Positions 1-11,291 are shown, counted from the stretch's first letter. The stretch: DNA of 64,000 bases from Marinifilaceae bacterium (GCA_963666945.2 CAXXRT010000026.1:16073-80072); one strand, 5' to 3'. Notes: a model not told the origin generated them from the sequence alone. Made by a program: numbers and translations.

Positions 1-1
1 A

Positions 2-1144
2 GACCCAAGACTTATCTCAACAGTGTCTCCCGCCGTAGCAAAGGCAGCAATTGAGTCGGGAGTAGCACGTGAAAACATCACAGATTGGGCAGCATACTGT
101 TACGAACTTGAGAACAGGCTTGGTCATGACAATAAGCTAATGCGAATAATGACCAATAAAGCAAAAGCCTATCCCAAGAGACTTGTATTTGCAGAAGGGA
201 TAAACATAAAAGTACTAATGGCAGCACAGATAGTTGCCAATGAAGGCATCGCCTATCCAATACTTGTTGGAGACAAATCAGAAATAGAGGAGTTAATAAA
301 AAGTTACAATCTAGATATTCCAGGAGTTGTAATTGTTGATCCTAATTCAAAGGAAGAAAAGGAAAGAAGAAAAAGATACTCCAGTCTTTACTACAACAAG
401 ATGCAAAGGAAAGGCGTTACAATGGAAGAGGCCAGGGAAAAGCTTCGCAAAAGAAACCACTTTGCTATGATGATGGTAGAGGCAGGCGATGCAGACGCTT
501 TTCTTTCGGGAGTAAACAGTAAATACAGGGATATAATAGATATCGCTAAAAACATAATAGGCATAAGGGAATGCGCCAGCGTTATGGCAGGCATGCATGT
601 AGCTATCACCAAAAAAGGTTCGTATTTCCTTGCAGACACGATAGTAAACAGGAATCCAAATGCAGAGACTCTTGTGAACACCACAGTAATGGCATATGAG
701 GCAATAAAACGGTTCAATACCGAACCAGTTATGGTCATTCCATCCTACTCTAATTTTGGAGAAATCACAGATGGTAACCCTGCTGTTATTAACCAGGCGA
801 TCTCGATATTGCATAACAAATATCCTGAAATAATGATAGACGGAGAGATGCAATTCAGTGTTGCACTTGACAAAGATCTAAGGCAGAGCAAATTCCCTTT
901 CTCAAAGATTGCAGACAAGGATGTAAACACAATTATATTCCCAAATCTTAGTGCCGGTCATATTTCCTTTAACATGCTGGAGAAACTCGGCGATGCAGAG
1001 CTAATAGGACCAATATTACTTGGGGCGGCCAAACCAATTCACATAGTACAAATGGGATGTAGCGTAAGGGATATTGTAAATATAGCAACAATAGCCGTTA
1101 CAGATGCAAATCAGGAAAAAGAAGTAGATATGTGTAAGATCTAA
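2..1144 (+). CDS. maeB: NADP-dependent malic enzyme, C-terminal phosphotransacetylase-like domain (5' end lies outside the window)
   Basis: The frame is open from the window edge, with no stop between 2 and the GTG at 23. The 373+ aa resemble the PTA-like C-terminal half of MaeB-type malic enzymes (..RLVFAEG.., ..AFLSG.., IGPILLG motifs). A hairpin terminator follows. Confidence 0.8.
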   Translation, partial: DPRLISTVSPAVAKAAIESGVARENITDWAAYCYELENRLGHDNKLMRIMTNKAKAYPKRLVFAEGINIKVLMAAQIVANEGIAYPILVGDKSEIEELIKSYNLDIPGVVIVDPNSKEEKERRKRYSSLYYNKMQRKGVTMEEAREKLRKRNHFAMMMVEAGDADAFLSGVNSKYRDIIDIAKNIIGIRECASVMAGMHVAITKKGSYFLADTIVNRNPNAETLVNTTVMAYEAIKRFNTEPVMVIPSYSNFGEITDGNPAVINQAISILHNKYPEIMIDGEMQFSVALDKDLRQSKFPFSKIADKDVNTIIFPNLSAGHISFNMLEKLGDAELIGPILLGAAKPIHIVQMGCSVRDIVNIATIAVTDANQEKEVDMCKI

Positions 1145-1151
1145 TAATATT

Positions 1152-1186
1152 AAAAAGGATGTCAGAAATAAATTGACATCCTTTTT
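1152..1186. terminator. Bidirectional rho-independent terminator between convergent maeB and rpiB
   Basis: AAAAAGGATGTCA (1152-1164) pairs perfectly with TGACATCCTTTTT (1174-1186) around a 9-nt loop. A/T runs on both sides would give a U-tract on either strand. Confidence 0.65.
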
Positions 1187-1254
1187 AATTATATCTTTTT
1201 CAGCTGAACTCTAAAATAAAAACACTAAAAAGTCCATAAAGACTGATTCCTTAG

Positions 1255-1692
1255 TTACTCACTAATGGCAATTTTATCAACTCTTTTCTGGTGACGGCCA
1301 CCTTCAAATTCAGTGTTTAAGAACGCATCAGCAATAGCCTGAGCATCTTGATAAGAAATAAATCTGGCAGGTATACCACAAACATTAGCATCGTTGTGCT
1401 GACGAGCAAGCACAGATATCTCAACACTCCAGCAAAGAGCACATCTTATACCCTGGTGTTTATTGGCAGTCATTGAAATGCCATTGCCACTTCCACATAA
1501 GGTAAAACCAAGATCGTACTCACCATTCTCAACAGCATAAGCTAAAGGATGAGCAGTATCGGGATAATCCATACTCTCATCGGAATAGGCACCAAAATCT
1601 TTTACTTCGTATCCTTTAGATCGAAAATATTCAACCAATCTTTCCTTATATTCAAATCCCGCATGATCACATGCTATAGCAATCTTCTTCAT
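1255..1692 (-). CDS. rpiB: Ribose-5-phosphate isomerase B
   Basis: 145 aa. It starts MKKIAIACDHAGFEYK.. and contains ..CGSGNGISMTANK.., typical of RpiB/LacAB-family sugar-phosphate isomerases. Confidence 0.9.
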   Translation of the reverse strand: MKKIAIACDHAGFEYKERLVEYFRSKGYEVKDFGAYSDESMDYPDTAHPLAYAVENGEYDLGFTLCGSGNGISMTANKHQGIRCALCWSVEISVLARQHNDANVCGIPARFISYQDAQAIADAFLNTEFEGGRHQKRVDKIAISE

Positions 1693-1713
1693 ACTTTCCC
1701 AATAATTATTTAT

Positions 1714-2403
1714 CTACATTATCAATTTATATCCCTTACCATGTACATTAATTATTTCAATACCTTCCTCGACTTTAAGATGTTTACGCAGTTTTGTAAT
1801 ATAAACATCCATACTTCTGGCATTAAAATAATTATCGTCTGACCAAATAGTCTTAAGAGCATAATTTCTTTCAAGAACCCTATTAGCATTAGTGCATAAA
1901 AGACGTAACAACTCCGACTCCTTTGTAGTCAGTTTTATAGTTTGATCGTTATGTATAAGCATTTGTTTTTTGGAATCGAAAGTTAGTTTACCCAGCTTAA
2001 AGATTTCTTGCTCAGCTTCCTGCTTACTGCCGACTGTTCTTCTCAACACTGCCTCAATTCTGACCAACAACTCTTCCATACTGAAAGGTTTAGTCATATA
2101 ATCATCGGCACCCAGCTTAAATCCTTCAATAACATCCTCTTTTAAAGATTTAGCCGTAAGGAAAATAATAGGAATCTCGGTATTTATTAAACGAATGTCC
2201 CTTGCCAGAGTAAAACCATCTTTTTTTGGCATCATAACATCGAATATGCAGATATCAAATTTCCCTTTTAAAAAAGCAGAATAGGCTTCTTCGCCATCTT
2301 CACACAAAGAAGTATCAAAGCCTTTAGCAGACAAATATTCTTTCAACAATAATCCAAGGTTTTTATCATCCTCGGCAAGTAATATTTTAACTTTTTCATC
2401 CAT
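1714..2403 (-). CDS. OmpR/PhoB-type response regulator (receiver plus winged-helix domain)
   Basis: Receiver motifs are present (LLAEDD, DVMMPKKDG, LTAK), followed by a C-terminal winged-helix region (..RSMDVYITKLRKHL..GKGY). The ORF track starts at a TTG (2412). The first ATG, at 2403 (MDEKVKILL), is preferred. Confidence 0.9.
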   Translation of the reverse strand: MDEKVKILLAEDDKNLGLLLKEYLSAKGFDTSLCEDGEEAYSAFLKGKFDICIFDVMMPKKDGFTLARDIRLINTEIPIIFLTAKSLKEDVIEGFKLGADDYMTKPFSMEELLVRIEAVLRRTVGSKQEAEQEIFKLGKLTFDSKKQMLIHNDQTIKLTTKESELLRLLCTNANRVLERNYALKTIWSDDNYFNARSMDVYITKLRKHLKVEEGIEIINVHGKGYKLIM

Positions 2404-2437
2404 AGCAGTCAAGAATTATAGCTTATTTTACAAAACT

Positions 2438-2453
2438 CAAATTTACAAACTTA
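2438..2453 (-). promoter_or_regulatory. Two adjacent Bacteroidota -7 boxes (TAAATTTG, TAAGTTTG) upstream of the response-regulator gene
   Basis: On the minus strand both octamers match the Bacteroidota sigma-A -7 consensus TAnnTTTG, 35-50 nt upstream of the ATG at 2403. They lie in the 90-bp gap after the kinase gene. This is a motif match only. Confidence 0.3.
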
Positions 2454-2502
2454 TTTTACAGTGCCAAAATTACTTACTAAAAACAATTTCGCAGGTAAAA
2501 CA

Positions 2503-4086
2503 TTAAAAGATAAGACTTTTTTTTACTTTCTTACTTTTTGTACTCAAAGGGAAATAAATCTCAAATTTACTTCCTTTATGAAGAGTACTTTCCACATCTA
2601 TGTTTCCACCATGAGCTTCAACAATTTTTTTGACATAAGACAGTCCTAAGCCGAAACCTTTTACATCGTGAACATTGCCGGTAGAAACCCTATAAAAACG
2701 TTCAAATATAAGTTTTTGTTCCTTTCTTGATATTCCAATACCATTATCAGTAACACTGACAACAACACCTTCATTTTTATTATAAGTGGAAATAGTGATA
2801 TTGGGAGTCTTCATACAATATTTGATAGCATTATCCAAAAGGTTGGATATAACATTTGCCAGGTGAAGCTCATCTGCCAATACATTATCACTGCTAGCAT
2901 CAAAATTATGAATAATAACACCCTTTTTATCCTCAACCTTTAATCGGAAATTCTCCAATAAGCCATCAATTATCTCATGTAAATTAACAACTTTAAGTTT
3001 TAATTTCATTCTAGATTCAGAAAACATCGCCATCTGAAGGACCTTCTCAACTTGAAAAGTAAGACGAGTACTTTCATCTCTTACAATCTTAGCGATATGA
3101 TCTACCATATCAGGAGAGTTAGAAACAGTCCCATCTTTGAGCATTTGCGATGCTAATGAAATAGTTGAAATAGGAGTTTTAAACTCATGAGTCATATTAT
3201 TGATAAAATCGTTTTTAATTGCAGATAATCTTTTCTGTCTGATAATAATAAAAATAGTAAAGGCACACGACAGAATAAGCAGCAAGGACACCAATAGAGA
3301 TGGCACCAGCAATACAAAAGACCTTGATATAAATTTGGTTTTATAAGGAAATATTACGTGTAATGTATTATTACTAATAAGAACATCACCAGGGAAAAGT
3401 CGTTTTTTATACCTGTAATCCGTTTCCTGATTAATATAATCCTTGGACAAATCAATATAAGTATCTTCAGATTTAATTGCATACTCAAAAGGAAGATCAA
3501 TTCCACTATCCGATAACTTATCCTTTATGATCCTGGCAATATCAAAATCCACTATTCTTTCTTTTAAAGTTCTATTTGAAAAAACCATTTGGTTTGCCAA
3601 TTGCCTCAAACCATAGGTTTGGTTCTCGAATTTTTCCTGCAATCTCATTTGTATGCGCATAGCAGCCTGTGACAGACCCGAAGTAACCTTATGTGTTGAC
3701 TGAGAATCGTTAACACTATATACCAGAGAATCTTTCTCGAAAATAGTAAAATAAGTATTTATTGTGGGTCTTACTTTGTTCCCATCTCCAATGTAAAGCC
3801 TGACCTTTTGATCTATATCAATATAATCTTTCTCTACAATACCAAGAGATTCATCCAATTCATCCTTTTCCTGATTTTTAATACCCAGTCCTTTCATAAC
3901 GAAAGACATAGCCTCCTGATCTTCGAGATATGCGACAACCTTGTCAAGGGCTTTATTGACCTGATGATTAAATTGTTCTCTTCTGATCTCATCAGCGGAG
4001 ACAAAATACTGAGTTTGTATTACTATAAGGCCAATAAGAGCTATACCCATTATTGAGGCCAATATCCATATCCTCTTCCTGCTCAT
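2503..4086 (-). CDS. Sensor histidine kinase (N-terminal TM, periplasmic region, second TM, HisKA, HATPase_c)
   Basis: It has an H-box (NMTHEFKTPIS) and N/G boxes (LLDNAIKY, DNGIGI, GFGLGLSYV). It sits directly upstream of the response regulator. The track start is GTG at 4092, and the ATG at 4086 is preferred. Confidence 0.85.
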   Translation of the reverse strand: MSRKRIWILASIMGIALIGLIVIQTQYFVSADEIRREQFNHQVNKALDKVVAYLEDQEAMSFVMKGLGIKNQEKDELDESLGIVEKDYIDIDQKVRLYIGDGNKVRPTINTYFTIFEKDSLVYSVNDSQSTHKVTSGLSQAAMRIQMRLQEKFENQTYGLRQLANQMVFSNRTLKERIVDFDIARIIKDKLSDSGIDLPFEYAIKSEDTYIDLSKDYINQETDYRYKKRLFPGDVLISNNTLHVIFPYKTKFISRSFVLLVPSLLVSLLLILSCAFTIFIIIRQKRLSAIKNDFINNMTHEFKTPISTISLASQMLKDGTVSNSPDMVDHIAKIVRDESTRLTFQVEKVLQMAMFSESRMKLKLKVVNLHEIIDGLLENFRLKVEDKKGVIIHNFDASSDNVLADELHLANVISNLLDNAIKYCMKTPNITISTYNKNEGVVVSVTDNGIGISRKEQKLIFERFYRVSTGNVHDVKGFGLGLSYVKKIVEAHGGNIDVESTLHKGSKFEIYFPLSTKSKKVKKSLIF

Positions 4087-4202
4087 AATCACAAATATAT
4101 ATAATTAAAATGATAATAAAACAGGCTATTAACTAACTTTAACAAATGGAGAATAACTAACTTAAAAATATGTGAGTTAGATTATTAAAAACCAAAAACA
4201 AG

Positions 4203-4544
4203 TTACTTCTTTCCCGCCAAGATTTTCTTCCCCGCAAGATCTTCAATATTAAGGACTACATCGAAAATGATTGCAACTATAACATATTCCAGAGCCTTAA
4301 AATCCATAAAAAACAAAACTACTGTTACCGCAAGAAAAACTGCAGAACATAGTTTTAATATTTCCAGTAACTTAAGAGCTTTCAGATTAGATTTACTAAG
4401 ATTAATAATCCTAAAAACCACATTCATTAAAAGGCCTACGCATATTACTACCGATCCTGACTTTTCCCCCTGGTATAACAACAATCCACCAACTACAAAA
4501 AGAATAGTTGCCATTGTATATAAATTTGAGATAACTTTCTTCAT
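4203..4544 (-). CDS. Small hypothetical membrane protein (about 3 hydrophobic segments)
   Basis: 113-aa ORF with an ATG start in an otherwise empty gap between ruvB and the kinase. It has three hydrophobic stretches. I recognise no family. Confidence 0.4.
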   Translation of the reverse strand: MKKVISNLYTMATILFVVGGLLLYQGEKSGSVVICVGLLMNVVFRIINLSKSNLKALKLLEILKLCSAVFLAVTVVLFFMDFKALEYVIVAIIFDVVLNIEDLAGKKILAGKK

Positions 4545-4575
4545 AATAACCCTCTTTCTAAAAACACATTATCAA

Positions 4576-5610
4576 TTAAAACAAACTTCCTTGATTTCCA
4601 TTTAAATCAAGACCGACACTACTTCTTCCAAGATGATTATAGGCCATCTCCGTAACTTCTCTTCCCCTAGGGGTGCGTTTAACAAACCCCTCTTTAATTA
4701 AGAATGGTTCATAAACTTCTTCTATAGTACCCGCATCCTCGCCTACAGCAGTAGCAATAGTACTTATTCCAACTGGACCACCTTTAAATTTGTCAATAAT
4801 AGTAGTCAATATCTTGTTGTCCATTTCATCAAGGCCATACCTATCTATATTCAGTGCTTCAAGGGAATATTGAGCCATTTCAAGATCTATTGTTCCATTG
4901 CCTTTAACCATGGCAAAATCCCTTACCCTCCTCAACAAGGCATTGGCAATTCTGGGAGTCCCACGACTTCGCGAGGCTATTTCCAAAGCAGCCTGACTAG
5001 TAATTTTAACATTAAGAATAGAAGAGGAACGATTAACAATATCACTTAATATACTGGCATCGTAATACTCCAGATGACAATTTATCCCAAAGCGTGCCCT
5101 CAAGGGACTTGTCAACAAGCCACTTCTGGTGGTAGCACCAACGAGGGTAAAAGGACTTATTTGTAACTGTACAGAACGTGCAGCCGGACCTTTATCAATC
5201 ATTATATCAATCTTATAATCCTCCATTGCAGAATAAAGATATTCTTCAACAACAGGACTTAACCGATGTATTTCATCAATAAAAAGTACATCATTATCGT
5301 CCAGATTAGTCAAAAGACCAGCAAGATCCCCTGGTTTTTCCAGCACAGGGCCAGAAGTTACCTTAAAACCCACCCCTAATTCGTTAGCAACGATATTTGA
5401 GAGAGTTGTTTTCCCCAATCCAGGAGGTCCATGAAGCAACAGATGATCAAGAGCTTCCCCCCTCATCTTAGCAGCCTGAACAAATACTCTCAGGTTCTCT
5501 ACAATTTTAGCCTGACCGCTGAAATCACTAAATTCCAATGGACGCAAGGCTCGCTCAATCTCCCTCTCGTTATCGTTCAAATTATTATTCCTGATATTAA
5601 AATCTTCCAT
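4576..5610 (-). CDS. ruvB: Holliday junction branch-migration helicase RuvB
   Basis: It has Walker A (GPPGLGKTT), Walker B (LFIDEIHRL) and the RuvB C-terminal winged helix. The track start at 5643 is a TTG. The ATG at 5610 (MEDFNIRN..) is preferred. Confidence 0.95.
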   Translation of the reverse strand: MEDFNIRNNNLNDNEREIERALRPLEFSDFSGQAKIVENLRVFVQAAKMRGEALDHLLLHGPPGLGKTTLSNIVANELGVGFKVTSGPVLEKPGDLAGLLTNLDDNDVLFIDEIHRLSPVVEEYLYSAMEDYKIDIMIDKGPAARSVQLQISPFTLVGATTRSGLLTSPLRARFGINCHLEYYDASILSDIVNRSSSILNVKITSQAALEIASRSRGTPRIANALLRRVRDFAMVKGNGTIDLEMAQYSLEALNIDRYGLDEMDNKILTTIIDKFKGGPVGISTIATAVGEDAGTIEEVYEPFLIKEGFVKRTPRGREVTEMAYNHLGRSSVGLDLNGNQGSLF

Positions 5611-5685
5611 TAATCTTGTTGGGTTTATCTTTACAAAGTTCAAATATAGATTAAAAAATAAAGAAAGAGAAGTCAGAGGCTTAAG

Positions 5686-5721
5686 AAAAAAAAAAGAGGG
5701 TGTTCTTTAAACAGAACACCC
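5686..5721 (-). terminator. Rho-independent terminator downstream of pgk
   Basis: GGGTGTTCT (5698-5706) pairs with AGAACACCC (5713-5721) around a 6-nt loop. On the minus strand a run of 10 T follows (A-run 5686-5695 on plus). Confidence 0.7.
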
Positions 5722-5743
5722 AACAAAGATATATACATAAATA

Positions 5744-6931
5744 TTACTTTAAAACCGCAGCAATTCCCGGCAATTCCTTACCCTCAATATATTCAAGTAA
5801 TGCGCCACCACCAGTTGACACATAGCTAACCCTATCTGCCAGATGAAATTTATTAATTGCAGCAACCGAGTCACCCCCCCCGATAAGGCTAAATGCACCT
5901 TTTTCTGTTGCATTAACAATAGCCTCGGCAATAGCCTTTGTTCCTGCTGAAAAGTTTTCCATTTCAAATACACCAACAGGACCATTCCAAAGTATAGTTT
6001 TCGATTCTTCTATTATTCTGCAAAAGTTTTCAATAGTTTCTTTTCCAAGATCAAGCCCCATCCATCCTTGTGGAATTTCATGAACATTAGCCAGTTTAGT
6101 ATTTGCATCATTATCGAAAGCATCTGCAATAACAGCATCAGTAGAAAGGATAAATTTCACACCCTTTTCTTCTGCTTTTTTCAATAATTCACGAGCAATG
6201 AAAAGTTTATCATCTTCAACAAGAGAGCTCCCTATTTTACCACCCATTGCTTTAACAAAAGTAAAAGTCATTCCGCCCCCAATAATAATATTATCAACCT
6301 TGTTCATAAGGTTTTCGATAATATCTATTTTTGAAGAGACCTTTGCCCCCCCCATTATAGCTGTAACAGGAGCCTTAGAATTATTAATAACTTTATCCAC
6401 ACTTTCCAACTCCCCTTTAATAACATACCCTAGGAGTTTATCGTTAGGAAAAAATTTAGCAATAACAGCGGTAGAAGCATGTGCACGGTGAGCTGTTCCG
6501 AAAGCATCATTTATCCAGACATCGGCCAAAGAAGCTAACTTCTGAGCAAAAGCCTCATCTCCTTTTTTTTCTTCATCATGAAAACGAAGATTCTCAAGCA
6601 ACAAGACTTCTCCCGGATTAAGATCAGAAGCTAATTTATTGGCAGAAACACCAATGCAATCGTCTGAAAATTTAACCTCCCTGTCAAGCAAAGAAGAAAG
6701 ATGAGAAACAATATGTCTTAAAGAAAATTTTTCATCAACACCTTTAGGTCTCCCAAGGTGTGACATTAATATAACAGAGCCATTATCGTTAAGAACCTTA
6801 TTTATAGTAGGCAATGCAGCCCTGATCCTTGTATCATCGGTTATATTGAATTCAGAATCCAGAGGAACATTAAAATCAACCCTAACAATAGCCCTTTTAC
6901 CATTAAAGTCGTAACTATCTATAGTTTGCAT
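5744..6931 (-). CDS. pgk: Phosphoglycerate kinase
   Basis: 395 aa, with the full-length Pgk signature (RVDFNVP, SHLGRP, GGGDS..). Confidence 0.95.
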   Translation of the reverse strand: MQTIDSYDFNGKRAIVRVDFNVPLDSEFNITDDTRIRAALPTINKVLNDNGSVILMSHLGRPKGVDEKFSLRHIVSHLSSLLDREVKFSDDCIGVSANKLASDLNPGEVLLLENLRFHDEEKKGDEAFAQKLASLADVWINDAFGTAHRAHASTAVIAKFFPNDKLLGYVIKGELESVDKVINNSKAPVTAIMGGAKVSSKIDIIENLMNKVDNIIIGGGMTFTFVKAMGGKIGSSLVEDDKLFIARELLKKAEEKGVKFILSTDAVIADAFDNDANTKLANVHEIPQGWMGLDLGKETIENFCRIIEESKTILWNGPVGVFEMENFSAGTKAIAEAIVNATEKGAFSLIGGGDSVAAINKFHLADRVSYVSTGGGALLEYIEGKELPGIAAVLK

Positions 6932-7375
6932 AATTCTTTAATATAATAAATTTTAAAAATCCTTACTTAAAGTCCATTAAGGACGGAACAAAGTTACTTA
7001 AATAATGTAAGTTAAAAAACATATCAACATTAGTTTAAACACATACAACTCCAATTAATTAATACAAGATATACTTGTTTCACTCCAAAATGGTTATTGA
7101 TATCACAACTATTATAATTTTAAACATTGAAAAAAAATTAGTTAGATTTGTAACGAGAAACAAGAAAAGAAAATCAACAACAACCAACATTATACACCAA
7201 CTTATAAAAGAAATATCGAATACTTATTTGTTTTCAGTGAGTTTTTTTCATTCCTTGTAAAGCTTACCACAAGAATCAAACCCATTTAAGTCAAAAATAT
7301 ATTGCCTTAAATCAAAAAAGAAGAACAAAAAAGATTAAACACTGGTAGATGAGACTATCAAAAAACAACTAACTT

Positions 7376-7816
7376 ATGAATACACAAAACGATGAATTTT
7401 ATATGCGAAAGGCACTAATGGAAGCACTGAAAGCAAAAGACGAAGATGAGATCCCGGTAGGAGCCATAATTGTTTGTAATGATAGAATTATTGCCAGATC
7501 GCATAACATGACAGAGAGATTAAAAGACATAACTGCTCACGCAGAGATGCAGGCAATAACTGCAGCAGCAACATATCTGGGAGGAAAGTACTTACACTCC
7601 TGCACGCTTTATGTGACCCTTGAACCATGCGCTATGTGTGCAGGTGCATTATGCTGGTCGCAAATAAGCAGGGTTGTATACGGAGCCCCAGACCCACAAA
7701 GAGGGTACAGTAAACAAGAGCCCGACATGTTACACCCTAAGACAATGGTTACTAAGGGAATTCTTCAAAATGAATGCTCAGAGCTCATGAAAAACTTTTT
7801 TGCTAAAAAAAGATAG
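7376..7816 (+). CDS. tadA: tRNA-specific adenosine deaminase
   Basis: 146 aa with the CDA-fold zinc motifs HAEMQAI and PCAMCAGAL. Confidence 0.9.
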   Translation: MNTQNDEFYMRKALMEALKAKDEDEIPVGAIIVCNDRIIARSHNMTERLKDITAHAEMQAITAAATYLGGKYLHSCTLYVTLEPCAMCAGALCWSQISRVVYGAPDPQRGYSKQEPDMLHPKTMVTKGILQNECSELMKNFFAKKR

Positions 7817-7818
7817 AT

Positions 7819-9043
7819 TTACTCAACAGTAAATCCTAGACTCATTAAATCCTCCCAATATTCGGGATAAGACTTATTGACCACATCAGGATTTAATATT
7901 TTTATTTCACCCAGCTTCATAGCCAGCGGGGCGAATGCCAATGCCATTCTATGATCTTTATACGTTTCAATTTCAATATTTTCATTAACTTCCGAAAAAC
8001 CACCATCCCAGGCAAGTGAACCTTCTTGCGGCTCATAAAGCCTGTAACCTAACTTCCCTAATTCAGCTATCAATGCACTAATCCGGTCTGTCTCCTTAAT
8101 CTTTAATGTCTCAAGACCCGTAAAATAAAAAGGAATTCCTAAACCAGCACATGCAACGGCAAAAGTCTGAGCCAGGTCGGGCATATTATTAAAATCCTGT
8201 TGAAGTCTTTTAACCTTTTCTCCAGTATATTTAATAAACATCCCCTTCTTGTTATATATAGTCTTTACACCCAATTTTTCCCATACACTAACCTGAGCAG
8301 CATCTCCCTGATAACTATTCTTTTTAAGTCCTTCTAATTTTATCTCTCCCCCATCGGAAAGAGCCAATATTTTCATATAAGTAAGACACGCCCGACCAAT
8401 CAGATTCAACAGTGTAAGGCATAACCCCATAATTTCCTCTCTCAACCCTTATCACATTATCCTTAAAATATGATTTAATACCAAAATCGCCCATTATGCT
8501 AAGTGTTAAGTCAATATAGGAGACAGAAACAACTTCACCGACAAGCCTCATAGTAAGTCCCTCAGGAAGATATGGAGCAATAAGTAAAAGAGCAGATATA
8601 AACTGAGAACTGGTATTCCCCTTAAGAGTAACTTCATTGCCAGTCAGATTTGAACCCAATATTCTCAAAGGAGGATACCCCTCTTTTTCAATATATTCAA
8701 TCTGAGCACCAAGATGATTCAGGGCATCCACCAATACTCCAATAGGTCTTTGCAACATTCTCTCAGATCCTGTTATCTCCCATTTCCCAATTATTCTGGA
8801 AAGATAAGCAGTCAAGAATCTCATAGTAGTACCAGCATGACCTATATCAAAACAATTAGCATTTGAATTAAGAACTTTAAGCATACTACGCGTATCATCA
8901 CAATCCGATAAATTATAAACAGGAGCAAAGCTATTGCTGAGAGCATTAATAATTAATACCCTGTTTGAAATACTTTTTGAAGAAGGGATCGTGATTTTTC
9001 CCTTAACTAATTTATCATCTTTTTTAATTGTATAAACATTCAT
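7819..9043 (-). pseudogene. aroA: 3-phosphoshikimate 1-carboxyvinyltransferase (EPSP synthase), interrupted by a 1-nt insertion
   Basis: ORFs 8324..9043 (N-terminal part, PSSKSISNR motif) and 7819..8445 (C-terminal part) are consecutive pieces of one AroA. The sequence ..ESDWSGVSYLYE.. continues as ..ALSDGGEIKLEGL.. if one base is removed within 8360-8376. The likely site is the T4 run 8370-8373 or CC at 8364-8365. Confidence 0.85.
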
Positions 9044-9054
9044 ATTCCCAAATT

Positions 9055-10101
9055 TTAATACTGCTTTAATGCCCGAATAATATCCTCTTTATTGCAATAA
9101 TTATCAATCACAAAATCCCCTGCATCTTTCAGAAGAGTGAAATTCACACCCTCTAAAACATTTTTTTTATCATGAAGCATTAATTCAAACAACTCATCCT
9201 CAATATTTTCGGTTCTAAAGGACGGAAATACATCCAGAATATAAGAACGTATCTCTTCATATTTTTCTTTAGGGAAATTGAGAACTTCGCATGACAAATA
9301 CAGTTCGCCAATAATACCCAAGGCAACAGCTTCTCCATGAAAAAGATCAAATTTTGAAGCAAGAGCATAACTCTCCAAAGCATGTCCTATAGTATGCCCA
9401 AAATTAAGAGCCTTACGTATATTTTTTTCTTCAGGATCTTTTTCAACTATAGTCTGTTTAATACTTACAGACTTACGAACCAAAGCAGATATTTTTTCAT
9501 AATCAACATTTTGCAGATCATATCCCATAAGATCTTGCAGATATTTTTCATCCCATATCAATGCATGCTTTAGCATTTCAGCAAATCCCGATCTAAAATC
9601 TTTTTTACTTAAAGTTTTAAGAAAATCAGAACAGACAATAACCTTTTCAGGCATACTGAAAACACCTATCTCGTTTTTATAACCCATAAAATTAAAACCT
9701 GTTTTGCCCCCCGCAGATGCGTCAACCTGAGACAATAATGTAGTTGGGATATTAATAAATCTTATCCCCCTTTTAAAACATGAAGCCGCAAATCCTCCAA
9801 TATCACTAACCATCCCTCCCCCAAGATTAATAAAAAGTGAATTTCTTTTTGCCCCGTTAACACACAGTTGTTTCCAAATGTAGGTAACCGTATCAAAGTT
9901 CTTATGCTCCTCACCTGCGGGAATAACTATACAAATAGCTTCTTTCAGAAATTTATTTGATGCAATCAAATTGTGGCAATAACGTTTGGTATTTGTATCC
10001 ATAAGAACAAATACCTTATCGTAAGACAATTTGGAACACATTAGAGATAATTCATTATCTACATCATGAACAACTACAACATTTGATTCTGAAAGACCCA
10101 T
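9055..10101 (-). CDS. aroB: 3-dehydroquinate synthase
   Basis: 348 aa with the GGGMVSDIGGFAAS nucleotide-binding motif and the metal-binding HTIGHALE region. It lies directly upstream of aroA. Confidence 0.9.
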   Translation of the reverse strand: MGLSESNVVVVHDVDNELSLMCSKLSYDKVFVLMDTNTKRYCHNLIASNKFLKEAICIVIPAGEEHKNFDTVTYIWKQLCVNGAKRNSLFINLGGGMVSDIGGFAASCFKRGIRFINIPTTLLSQVDASAGGKTGFNFMGYKNEIGVFSMPEKVIVCSDFLKTLSKKDFRSGFAEMLKHALIWDEKYLQDLMGYDLQNVDYEKISALVRKSVSIKQTIVEKDPEEKNIRKALNFGHTIGHALESYALASKFDLFHGEAVALGIIGELYLSCEVLNFPKEKYEEIRSYILDVFPSFRTENIEDELFELMLHDKKNVLEGVNFTLLKDAGDFVIDNYCNKEDIIRALKQY

Positions 10102-10187
10102 AATAAATATAATTTATTTTATTGGTTTATTATATATATCTTATTAATTTTGAACTAACAGCAAAAGTAATCATTTTATTTAAAATT

Positions 10188-11291
10188 ATGGACGAAGAGT
10201 TGCAATACAAAATCGCCATAACCATGTTCAATGGAATAGGCCCTAAAAGAATCGACAAGCTTTTAGATTACTACGGGAATGTAAAAGAGTTTTTCAAAGA
10301 CAAAAAAACATTACCTGAATTTGAATTTTTAAACATTAATTCTTCAACCAAAGAGGAAGCAATTAAGAAAGCAGAGAAAGAAATCAGCTTCTGTGAAAAA
10401 AATAAAATAAGGATACTATTGAGAGATGAAAATTATTATCCTGAAAGGCTGAGAAACTGCCCTGATGCGCCGCATGTAATATATTGCAAAGGTGACACTA
10501 ATTTGAATTCCTTAAAAACCTTGAGCATTGTTGGAACACGACGCGCCACAGAATACGGAAGAAGTATGTGCGAAAAAATTATCGGAGACCTTAAAAAACT
10601 AGGGCACGATGTTTTAATAATAAGCGGGCTTGCCTACGGAATAGACATATCTGCGCACAAAGCAGCCCTGGAGAACAATTTAAAAACTATAGGCATTGTT
10701 GCCCATCCCCTTAATACCCTTTATCCTCCATCTCATAAAAACACAGCCAAAGAGATGATAAACAAGGGAGGGGCGATAATAAGTGATTTTCCAACATACG
10801 TAAAAACAGAACCACAAAATTTTCTTAAGCGAAATAGAATAATAGCCGGAATGTCCGACGCGACATTAGTAGTTGAGTCAGCAAAAAAAGGTGGAGCACT
10901 TATAACAGCAACTTTAGCGAACTCGTACAGTAGAGACGTGTACGCTATTCCAGGGAAAATTAACGACAAATACTCAAAGGGATGCAACAATCTCATTAAA
11001 ACAAACATGGCAGCCTTGGTTGAAAGTGCGGAGGACATAGAATACTTCTCAGGATGGGAGAGACCTAATAAAAAAAGTGAAGAAAAAATTGAACTAAGTC
11101 TTTTCCCTGAAATGACAAAAGAAGAAGAAAAAATATATAATACTATAGAATGCAATGAAAAAATATCCATAAACAATTTAGCAAATATTTCAGGGATAAA
11201 CATAAGTAAGCTATCAGCGATATTATTAAACATGGAAATAAAAAACATCATAGTATCTTTACCAGGGAAAAGATACTCTTTAAAGCCTTAA
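10188..11291 (+). CDS. dprA: DNA-processing protein DprA (Smf)
   Basis: It has the Rossmann-like DprA core (SGLAYGIDISAHKAAL, ..GALITA..) and a C-terminal winged-helix-like tail. The track start at 10122 adds a hydrophobic extension. The ATG at 10188 (MDEELQYKI) is preferred. Confidence 0.85.
   Translation: MDEELQYKIAITMFNGIGPKRIDKLLDYYGNVKEFFKDKKTLPEFEFLNINSSTKEEAIKKAEKEISFCEKNKIRILLRDENYYPERLRNCPDAPHVIYCKGDTNLNSLKTLSIVGTRRATEYGRSMCEKIIGDLKKLGHDVLIISGLAYGIDISAHKAALENNLKTIGIVAHPLNTLYPPSHKNTAKEMINKGGAIISDFPTYVKTEPQNFLKRNRIIAGMSDATLVVESAKKGGALITATLANSYSRDVYAIPGKINDKYSKGCNNLIKTNMAALVESAEDIEYFSGWERPNKKSEEKIELSLFPEMTKEEEKIYNTIECNEKISINNLANISGINISKLSAILLNMEIKNIIVSLPGKRYSLKP

Noticed and set aside
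347-853. Long antisense or alternative-frame ORFs inside well-supported genes. Examples are 347..853 and 391..738 in maeB, 10733..11251 in dprA, 42187..42597 in the phosphatase gene, 44755..45150 in the GH13, 46627..47043 and 47876..48268 in the SusF-like gene, and 55704..56120 in the MFS gene.
   Set aside because: Each lies opposite or out of frame to a gene with clear family motifs. The translations are low-complexity (S/L/F/I-rich) with no recognisable motifs. Such shadow ORFs are expected in AT-rich DNA with few stop codons on the complementary strand.
5611-5643. N-terminal extensions in the ORF track that begin at TTG or GTG. These are ruvB 5643, the response regulator 2412, the kinase 4092, dprA 10122, ung 29024, the cyclase 30421, the acyl-CoA synthetase 34803 and the SusF-like gene 48225.
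   Set aside because: In every case an in-frame ATG a few codons downstream gives an N-terminus that matches the family, or a proper signal peptide or lipobox. For ung a promoter box lies inside the extension. For the SusF-like gene the extension overlaps the upstream gene.
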